A model generated the notes under the pieces. That model saw only the letters and a list, made by a program, of their open reading frames with translations, had not been told where the DNA came from and searched no databases. 24,000 nucleotides of DNA from an uncultured delta proteobacterium (GTDB lineage: Bacteria; Desulfobacterota; Binatia; Binatales; Binataceae), in assembly GCA_963794325.1 (NCBI GenBank), contig CAWCDG010000004.1:398413-422412 (forward strand), in the 5' to 3' direction. Below, piece by piece: positions 9,445 to 16,261 of the stretch (its first letter is position 1; the number at the start of each line of letters is the position of its first letter). The position numbers were made by a program, and so were the translations under genes.

Positions 9445-9476
9445 GATTCATTTATGAATCTATATTCAATATTGAA
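9445..9476. promoter_or_regulatory. Palindromes upstream of the tetR gene, candidate operator region
   Basis: GATTCAT-TT-ATGAATC (9445-9460) and perfect palindrome TTCAATATTGAA (9465-9476). Confidence 0.4.
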
Positions 9477-9489
9477 CTAAGAATCGTAA

Positions 9490-9518
9490 TTGACACATCA
9501 TTCATTTCCCGGTAAAAA
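9490..9518 (+). promoter_or_regulatory. Candidate sigma70-type promoter for tetR
   Basis: TTGACA (9490-9495), 17-nt spacer, TAAAAA (9513-9518). Confidence 0.4.
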
Positions 9519-9526
9519 TCCACATC

Positions 9527-10138
9527 GTGGGTGAAGTTAGTCGACAATCCGGGGACGCGCCGAATCGGTTCGATCGTCGTCGCGAAAAAACACGCTTCGA
9601 TCTGATTCAAGCGGCCGAGCGCGTCATCTCGAGCAAGGGGTACCATCAGACGCGCATCGCCGACATCGCCACCGAAGCCGACGTCGGGCTGGGTACCTTC
9701 TACCTGCACTTCAAAACCAAGAACGAAATTTTTATCGAGCTGATCGAGCATGGCGCGGCTGAGTTGCGGCGCGGTCTCGGCGAGGCGAAGTCGGGCGTAC
9801 ATACGCCGGCCGAGAAACTAAAGATCACGATCGACACGATTCTCGACGCGGCCGCCGAGGCGCCCGAACTTTTCCGGATCGTGTTCGGCCACAGCCCCGC
9901 ATTTCTCGATCTGATGGTCCGAGTGCACGAGGTTTTTATCAGCGACCTGCGCGACGATCTCGCGCCGGCAGTCGGTGAACGCGCCGACGCGATCGCGCAT
10001 CTCACGATCGGAATGTTATCGCAGGCGATCTCGTGGCTGCTCGCGAGCCGCGATCTTTCTCACGCGGAACTGAAAAACATCACCGTAAATTTTGCCCTGG
10101 GCGGACTCGAGCGCGCGGCACAGCTCGGCGCCCCTTGA
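9527..10138 (+). CDS. TetR/AcrR-family transcriptional regulator
   Basis: N-terminal HTH: FDLIQAAERVISSKGYHQTRIADIATEADVGLGTFYLHFKTKNEIFIELIE. Apparent GTG start. Confidence 0.93.
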   Translation: MGEVSRQSGDAPNRFDRRREKTRFDLIQAAERVISSKGYHQTRIADIATEADVGLGTFYLHFKTKNEIFIELIEHGAAELRRGLGEAKSGVHTPAEKLKITIDTILDAAAEAPELFRIVFGHSPAFLDLMVRVHEVFISDLRDDLAPAVGERADAIAHLTIGMLSQAISWLLASRDLSHAELKNITVNFALGGLERAAQLGAP

Positions 10139-10172
10139 AGAATTGAAAAATGAATCTTGGAGGATTCTCGCA

Positions 10173-11171
10173 ATGGCTCACGACCACACCGTAGTTAACA
10201 CCGACCTCGAAAGCGTCTTCCACTGGGACTACAGCGTTAAGTTCCCGCAGATGGACCGGCTGTACGAGAACGCCAAGCGCGATCAGTGGAACGTCTCGAC
10301 CACTATCAACTGGGACCGCCCGATCGAGAACGAAGTCCTGGACATGACGATGATGCCGATGTTCCAGACCGAGCTCTATCGATCGCTGAGCGAAGAGAAC
10401 AAGTACCAGCTCGGGCGCAAGTTCGCGGCGTGGCGGCTCTCGCAATTCCTGCACGGCGAGCAGGGCGCGCTGATGGTCTGCGGGCAATTGGTTGATGCGG
10501 TGCCGGACCTCGACGCCAAGATGAATGCGGCGGCGCAGGTGTTTGACGAGGCGCGTCACGTCGAGGGCTTCCGCAAGTACATCACCAAGCTCGATCGCAT
10601 CTACCCGATCGATCCGACGCTCGAACGGCTGCTGACCACGGTCATGGCGCACGATCGATGGGAGCCCAAGTACGTCGGGATGCAAGTCGTGGCTGAGGGA
10701 CTCGCGATCGCGGCGTTCCGCTTCATGCAGCGCGAGACCAAGGACGAGCTGCTCAAGGAACTGCTCGAGTACATCATGAAGGACGAGGCGCGCCATGTGG
10801 GCTTCGGGATGCTGGCGCTGCGCGACGCGGTGACCAAGCTCAAGGGCAAGGACAAGAAGGACCTCGAGGACTTCGCGTTCGCGGCGTGCGACATGATGGT
10901 GACGAAGGTCGTCGACGGCGTGCCCAAGGACGGCTTCTTGTCGGGCGCGTCGGTGTTCGAGGAAGTTGGAATCTCGATGAAGGACATCGAGGAAGAGATG
11001 CATCGTAATCCCGCGTGGGCGGCGGCGGAGAACGACATGGAGAAGCAGTTCAACTCGTTCCTGTTCGTCGACACGATCATCCCATGCCTGCGGCAAATCG
11101 ATCTGATCAACGACCGCACCGAGTCGTGGTACCAGCAGCTAGGCGTGATGCAGTTGGCGTCGGCCGCGTAG
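10173..11171 (+). CDS. Ferritin-like / R2-like di-iron protein
   Basis: ATG at 10173 after GGAGG. Duplicated metal-ligand pattern: EQGALMV...DEARHVEGF and EGLAIAAF...DEARHVGFG. Confidence 0.8.
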   Translation: MAHDHTVVNTDLESVFHWDYSVKFPQMDRLYENAKRDQWNVSTTINWDRPIENEVLDMTMMPMFQTELYRSLSEENKYQLGRKFAAWRLSQFLHGEQGALMVCGQLVDAVPDLDAKMNAAAQVFDEARHVEGFRKYITKLDRIYPIDPTLERLLTTVMAHDRWEPKYVGMQVVAEGLAIAAFRFMQRETKDELLKELLEYIMKDEARHVGFGMLALRDAVTKLKGKDKKDLEDFAFAACDMMVTKVVDGVPKDGFLSGASVFEEVGISMKDIEEEMHRNPAWAAAENDMEKQFNSFLFVDTIIPCLRQIDLINDRTESWYQQLGVMQLASAA

Positions 11172-11195
11172 TTAGCAGACACAGTCAGAATGATG

Positions 11196-11230
11196 AAGGG
11201 CCGGTCGTCGACGACCGGCCCTTTTCTTTT
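11196..11230 (+). terminator. Strong intrinsic terminator after the di-iron gene
   Basis: Perfect 14+14 palindrome AAGGGCCGGTCGTC/GACGACCGGCCCTT (11196-11223) followed by a T-rich tract (TTCTTTTTC). Confidence 0.93.
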
Positions 11231-11365
11231 TCCTGACGAGGAGCGAGCAAAGCGAGCACTTCTGTGATCCTGACAAGCGAGCAACGCGAGCGTCTTGTGT
11301 CATCCTGACGAAGCGAGCAACGCGAGCGGCAGGAAGGATCTCGGACAGCTTCGCGTCAGCGAAGC
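11231..11365. repeat. Three degenerate intergenic repeat units plus a hairpin
   Basis: Units start at 11231, 11268 and 11303, each TCCTGAC(GA)AGCGAGCAA(C/A)GCGAGC, with spacings of 37 and 35 nt. Hairpin GCTTCGC-GTCA-GCGAAGC at 11348-11365. Confidence 0.7.
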
Positions 11366-11423
11366 CGGTTCCGGTTTCCGAAAATCGCGCAGCGCTCCTT
11401 TTCTGCTGTCGTCGCGCGCTGCG

Positions 11424-11927
11424 CTACTTTCGGAACTTCGCGAGTGCTGCGTTCTTGAGCTTGTAGTTCGGCTCGCCGAATTCCTCATCGACGGTACCGG
11501 TCGGACAGAACCCCAGGCTGACATACAACGCCGCCGCGTTAAGATTGGTTCGGAAGCAGGTTAGTTGCACGGCTTCGCATCGCGGATAGCGGGCGACGAT
11601 CATCTCGACCACCTCGACCATTGCGGCGCGGCCGTAACCTTTGCCCTGATGCTCGGCGGCGATCATGATGTCGTCGATCCAGTAATTCTCGGCGCTGTTC
11701 GGATCGCATGCGGTGGTCGTGTAGCCAACTATCTCGTCGCCGGCGCGGATCAGATGCGGCAGATGCTCGAAGTTGTCGCCGAAGAACTTCACGTAGCATC
11801 GCGCGAGCGTCCATGGCGGCGGCGTTACGAACTTCGTCTGTTCGGGGCGAAGCTGCATGCTGAACAGCTTCATGAAATTGCTCCGATCGATTGGTTCGAT
11901 CACGACTTTTAGACCGCTGGTCTTCAT
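11424..11927 (-). CDS. GNAT-family N-acetyltransferase
   Basis: WIDDIMIAAEHQGKGYGRAAMVEVVEMI...LTCFRTNLNAAALYVSLGFCPTG, with the acetyl-CoA binding motif QGKGYGRA. Confidence 0.9.
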   Translation of the reverse strand: MKTSGLKVVIEPIDRSNFMKLFSMQLRPEQTKFVTPPPWTLARCYVKFFGDNFEHLPHLIRAGDEIVGYTTTACDPNSAENYWIDDIMIAAEHQGKGYGRAAMVEVVEMIVARYPRCEAVQLTCFRTNLNAAALYVSLGFCPTGTVDEEFGEPNYKLKNAALAKFRK

Positions 11928-13534
11928 GATTGCACGTGCAGGAAAATGTCGCGGGCGTGCTCGTCGCTGATGCGCTTGACCGACGTGATTCGATCGGCGA
12001 ACTGCGCCAGTGACGACGTCTCCGCCGATCCTACGTCAACCAGCACCGCGAAGATCGAAAAATCCAGTTCGTCTTTGCGCTCGCGCAGCCGCGCCAGCCA
12101 ATCGGGACTGACCTGCGATTCACCGTCGGTGATGATCACGATATCGCCGCGCTTGAGTTTCTTTTCGCCGAGCAATTCGACCGCGGCGTCGATCGGAGTT
12201 TCGAAGTCGGTGCCGCCGCCCGGGAAGTACTCGGCCATCTCGACGACCTTGTTCAAATCGGGCTGATAGCGCCGCTCGCGATTGAGGTCGAGCACTTTGA
12301 GGCTGACGTCGCCGGACGAGAACATCACCGCGCGGAACAGGCGGCGCTGGCGGCGCGCGATATCCATCAGCGTGAGCGCGACCGCCTTCGACCACATCTC
12401 CTTGTCGCCCTGCATCGAAGAGCTCACGTCGATGCAAACGACCATCGGGCCCTTGCCCTTCTGTTCGTCATCGCGCAGGCGGTACTGAAGGACCGTGCCC
12501 TCCAGCACGCGGCGATGGAAGTCGCGCTTGAGCACGGGATGATGCATCGCGAGCAGCTCGGCGGGAATCAGGCGTCCGAGCTCCGAGCCGAGCTCGATGT
12601 CGTAGGCCTCGGCGACGCCGCGCTCGAGAGTCTTGCGCTTGAGCGCGCGCGCGTCCTGCTTGAATCGCCCGACCATCCGCGCCAACTCGCCAAGCTTCTT
12701 GTTGCGCGCGAGGCGCCGTCCCAGCTCGAGGCGCGCACCCGCCGCGACGCGTCCACCCTGGCCGAACTCGCGGCTGAAGTCGTGGCTGTCCTCGGCCGCC
12801 TGATCGATTTCGGCAGCCAGCTCGCCGGTCTTGAGCTGCATCCGCTTGAGCGCGCTTTGATCCGCGCCCTTCAGTTGAGTTTCGAACTGCCGCGACTTCT
12901 GATTGAGCCGCGCTTCTGAGACTTTCGCCGCGCGCTCGGCCGCATCGGCCATCTCGGATAACTCTTTCTTAGCCGCCTGATCCTTCGGTTCTTCGGCCGG
13001 TGCGGATTCGCCTTCTTCTTTTTCCTGGATCTCGTTGACCGCTTTCACCGCCTCGGCGCGCGCTTCGAGATCCTGTTCCTGCCGCGCGAGGTCCCACAGA
13101 TCGAGCATCTCGCTGCGGTTGATCAGTTTCTCGGATTTGATCATCTCGAGCGCATGTTCGCTCATTACGATCGCAGCGATCGCAGCTTTGTCTTCTTCGA
13201 GCGCGGTGCGCGAGCGAAGCGCCTGGAACGGCGCCGACGGCACGATTTGCTCGAGGATCGTGCGATTGAGTGCCGCCGCGAGGCGCACGTCGCCGGACTT
13301 GCGGAGCACCGGATTCATTTTGAACAGCGCGAAGAAAAGATCCTGCACCAACGCGCCGAAATGCGGAACCAGCCGCTCGCCGGTTTCCGCGAGGTCGGCG
13401 AGAGACGGCGCGTCGGCGACGATTTCATTCCAGGTGCGCCGGTCGTAGCTGTCGCTCTCGAACCAGGACGCATTCGCGGGCACGACCGGAATATAGAGGC
13501 GTCGCGGCTTGACGATTTTGGCTTTGCGCGCCAT
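11924..13534 (-). CDS. VWA-domain protein (ViaA/CoxE-like architecture)
   Basis: C-terminal MIDAS: MVVCIDVSSSMQGDKEMWSKAVALTLMDIARRQRR...GGGTDFETPIDAAVEL...DIVIITDGESQVSPDW. Long helical, charged N-terminal half. Confidence 0.85.
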   Translation of the reverse strand: MARKAKIVKPRRLYIPVVPANASWFESDSYDRRTWNEIVADAPSLADLAETGERLVPHFGALVQDLFFALFKMNPVLRKSGDVRLAAALNRTILEQIVPSAPFQALRSRTALEEDKAAIAAIVMSEHALEMIKSEKLINRSEMLDLWDLARQEQDLEARAEAVKAVNEIQEKEEGESAPAEEPKDQAAKKELSEMADAAERAAKVSEARLNQKSRQFETQLKGADQSALKRMQLKTGELAAEIDQAAEDSHDFSREFGQGGRVAAGARLELGRRLARNKKLGELARMVGRFKQDARALKRKTLERGVAEAYDIELGSELGRLIPAELLAMHHPVLKRDFHRRVLEGTVLQYRLRDDEQKGKGPMVVCIDVSSSMQGDKEMWSKAVALTLMDIARRQRRLFRAVMFSSGDVSLKVLDLNRERRYQPDLNKVVEMAEYFPGGGTDFETPIDAAVELLGEKKLKRGDIVIITDGESQVSPDWLARLRERKDELDFSIFAVLVDVGSAETSSLAQFADRITSVKRISDEHARDIFLHVQS

Positions 13535-13652
13535 CGGGGATCGATCCTACGTCACAGAATACCTGCTCGCCATCGCACAAATGAACGCCCTTGCGTTACG
13601 ATGACGCTTGAATGTATCGCTGGATGCGTAACACAATTGTAATCAGCACCAG

Positions 13653-14696
13653 ATGACACAGGAATCTTCAGGCACCACGCTTTCGAACCGGCAGCACGCG
13701 CTGGTGTTGGCGGCGGTGCAGGAGTTCGTCGCGACTGCCGAGCCAGTAGGTTCCGCGCAGATTGTCGCGCGGCATCAGCTGGGCGTGCGCGCCGCGATGG
13801 TCCGCAACATGATGGCCGAGCTCGAAGAAGGCGGCTACCTGCGTCAGCCGCATACATCGGCAGGGCGGGTTCCCACTGAAAAAGCGTTCCGCTACTACGT
13901 CGATCATCTCGCGGCGGCAACTCGAATCGGCTTCGAGGATCGCGCGCAAATCGAACTCCATTACTCGAGCGCCGTACGAAATCTCGGCGAAGTCCTGCGC
14001 GATACACCCAGGCTGCTCTCACTTCTGACCGGACAGGCCGCGCTGGTGATGGCGCCGCGGCTCGAGGCCTCGATTATCGAGCGCGTCAATTTCGTCCGCC
14101 TTCGCGATAACCAGGTGCTGGCAGTTTTCGTCGCCGCGAAAGGCGCGATGCAGAATCGAATCGTCGATACCGAACGAGACCATTCGCAGGACGAGCTCGA
14201 TCGGATGGCGCGGTACCTGAACGAATCGCTCGAAGGGCGATCGCTCGACGAGGCGCGCCGCTGGATCGAAGCGCAACTGCGTGAGGAACGCGCCAACTAC
14301 GATCGCTTCATGCACGACGCGCTCGCGCTCGGCGAGGCGCTAGCCGGTTACGTCGGGCGTACCGAGTTGTATGTCGAGGGCAGCCTGCAGGCGCTCGAGC
14401 AGCCGGAGTTCTCCGATCGCGGCAAGATGCGCGAATTGCTGCGCGCACTCGACGACAAAACCGCCCTGCTCGAATTGCTCGAACGCAGCCTGACTCATGC
14501 CGGCCTGACCGTGTCGATCGGTTCCGAGAACTACGACCCGCGCCTGTCGTCATTGAGCGTCGTCGCGGCATCGTACGCCAGCGGCCCGAGCGCGCTTGGC
14601 AGCCTGGCAATCGTCGGCCCAGTGCGGATGGACTACGACCGCGTCATCCCGCTGGTCGAGTACACCGCGCGCGCACTGTCGCGGCTGATGGAATAA
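13653..14696 (+). CDS. hrcA: Heat-inducible transcription repressor HrcA
   Basis: LSNRQHALVLAAVQEFVATAEPVGSAQIVARHQLGVRAAMVRNMMAELEEGGYLRQPHTSAGRVPTEKAFRYYVDHL, plus GSENYDPRLSSLSVVAASYASG...LGSLAIVGPVRMDYDRVIPLVEYTARALSRLME. Confidence 0.97.
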   Translation: MTQESSGTTLSNRQHALVLAAVQEFVATAEPVGSAQIVARHQLGVRAAMVRNMMAELEEGGYLRQPHTSAGRVPTEKAFRYYVDHLAAATRIGFEDRAQIELHYSSAVRNLGEVLRDTPRLLSLLTGQAALVMAPRLEASIIERVNFVRLRDNQVLAVFVAAKGAMQNRIVDTERDHSQDELDRMARYLNESLEGRSLDEARRWIEAQLREERANYDRFMHDALALGEALAGYVGRTELYVEGSLQALEQPEFSDRGKMRELLRALDDKTALLELLERSLTHAGLTVSIGSENYDPRLSSLSVVAASYASGPSALGSLAIVGPVRMDYDRVIPLVEYTARALSRLME

Positions 14697-14717
14697 CTTA
14701 GAAAGGAACTTTATTGA

Positions 14718-14846
14718 ATGTGAAACCCTTCGCGGGTTTCACGCTTCCGCGGCAGGGGTGACCCCTGCACCCAGTAATAATAAGAACAGAGCAGGATGCG
14801 GGACGGAGTTTACTCTGTGAGTACTCGTAGGGTCCCTGTTAGAAGT
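14718..14846. repeat. Truncated/divergent second copy of the 5752-5963 composite hairpin element, opposite orientation
   Basis: 14720-14781 matches 5754-5815 at 60 of 62 positions. It then contains GATGCGGGAC...GTCCCTGTTAGAAG, matching the reverse complement of the first copy (GATGCGGGACTTCGTCCCCGTTAGAAG) with a longer loop. Confidence 0.7.
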
Positions 14847-14904
14847 TTTTTTGTGTCATTCTAGAGCGAAAGATGCTGTAGCGAAGAATCCCGGCTCCTT
14901 CTTC

Positions 14905-14925
14905 CCTCTCCCTGTTAGGGAGAGG
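14905..14925. repeat. Intergenic hairpin CCTCTCCCT-GTT-AGGGAGAGG
   Basis: Perfect 9-bp stem within TTCCCTCTCCCTGTTAGGGAGAGGATCAAGGTGAGGG, resembling a common intergenic repeat type. Confidence 0.6.
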
Positions 14926-15055
14926 ATCAAGGTGAGGGTCCGATTACAGCGCGCTCTTTTGCGCGCGATTCAAGATTCTGCGCACGGGTGTGGCGATTCT
15001 CCGGCGGCCTCTCGCAGTTGATCGAGCACTTGGATAAACTCGCAGTTACGCTGCG

Positions 15056-16261
15056 ATGTACTCCGCTCGAGCACGTTTGTTGTTCGCAATTTTTGCGTTC
15101 GCGTTGCTCTCCGGAGCTAGCGCATCCCGGCGCGCCCTACCCCAGGACGCATACATCTGGCAGCGCAAGTGGACTCCAGCCCTCCGTGTCGCGCTGAAAC
15201 AATCGCCCGACCTCGTTCGTGCGTGGCGAGTGCTGGCTGCTTATTCGGATGACGGTGGCCGTCTGCAAGCGGTGGCCGTCGATTGGAAAGCGTTGAAGAG
15301 TAGCGGCCGGCCGGTAATTGCGGTCGTGCGAATCAACGGCCAGCTCGCGCGATACAACGACGATCGGCTGCTCGGCGACCTGGACGGTCTGTTATCGCGA
15401 TGGCGGCAAATGAGCACGCCGATCGCCGGCCTCGAGATCGATCATGATTGTGGCAGCGCCAGACTCGCGGCGTATGCGAAGTTTCTTGCGCGTGTTCGCG
15501 CGCATCTCGACCACACGATTCCCTTGTCGATAACCGCGCTGCCGGCGTGGCTATCCTCGCCTGAGCTTGACGCCGTATTCGCGCCGACGAGTGAGGTCGT
15601 CCTGCAGGTGCACATGGTGCAAAATCCGCGCGCAGGACTGTTCGATCCGGTGCAGGCACGCCGATGGATACAAGAAATGTCTCATCGCACGGACAAACCG
15701 TTTCGTGTTGCGCTTCCCGCATACGGGGTGCGGGTCACGTGGCGAGGAGACGGGAGCATGCTCGCCGTCGAAAGCGAGGAGCCGCTCCTCGCCGGCGGCT
15801 ATTCGGCGAGCGAAATGATCGTCTCGCCAGAAGCGGTGTCAGGCGCTGCTGCGCGACCTCGAACGCGACGCGCCGGCCTGGCTTACTGGAATCGTATGGT
15901 TCCGGCTCCCGGTCGCCGGCGATGTTCGCGCATGGAGTCCCGAGACCTGGCGCGCGGTGGTCATGGGCAAGCCATTGCGACCACGGGTCGAGGCGATCGT
16001 CGAAAAGAGCGTGATACCGGGAATGAACAATATCGTACTGATTAACCAGGGAGACGTGGACGGTAGTATTGCCGCAGACGAATCGATCTGCCAGCTTCGT
16101 GCACGATAGCCGACGGGATCAATGGCTATACCCTTGCGCATAGCCAATCGGGACTCTCGATTGAGCGCCAGCAGGATGGACTGCTGCCCGGCCATCAGCG
16201 GCGATTGGTCGGCTGGATGCGTTGCACTCCGGCTCAGGTGGCAATTCATGCGCAACATTAA
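15056..16261 (+). CDS. DUF3142-like exported protein, reading frame disrupted by two apparent single-base shifts
   Basis: Frame 15056: signal-like N-terminus, DAYIWQRKWTPALRVAL...GLEIDHDC...PLSITALPAWL...HMVQNP...MSHRTDKPFRVALPAYG. It continues in the next frame from about 15840 as ALLRDLERDAPAWLTGIVWFRLPVAGDVRAWSPETWRAVVMGKP...NNIVLINQGDVDGSIAADE, then returns to the first frame around 16085 as IDLPASCTIADGINGYTLAHSQSGLSIERQQDGLLPGHQRRLVGWMRCTPAQVAIHAQH, stop at 16259-16261. Confidence 0.75.

Noticed and set aside
10080-11096. 338-aa minus-strand ORF opposite the di-iron gene
   Set aside because: Low-complexity Arg/His/Leu/Asp-rich translation, a shadow of a strongly supported plus-strand gene in a GC-rich genome.
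11231-11340. Possible CRISPR array
   Set aside because: Only three degenerate units, no separate unique spacers of constant length, and no cas genes nearby. Fits a small intergenic repeat instead.
11424-13534. VWA + GNAT as a defence system
   Set aside because: No nuclease, protease or sensor partner and housekeeping neighbourhood, so not enough to claim a defence role.
16122-16247. N-terminal part of track ORF 16122-16568 (MAIPLRIANRDSRLS...)
   Set aside because: Explained by the DUF3142-like C-terminus in another frame. The real start of the next gene is more likely ATG 16248, followed by a signal peptide.
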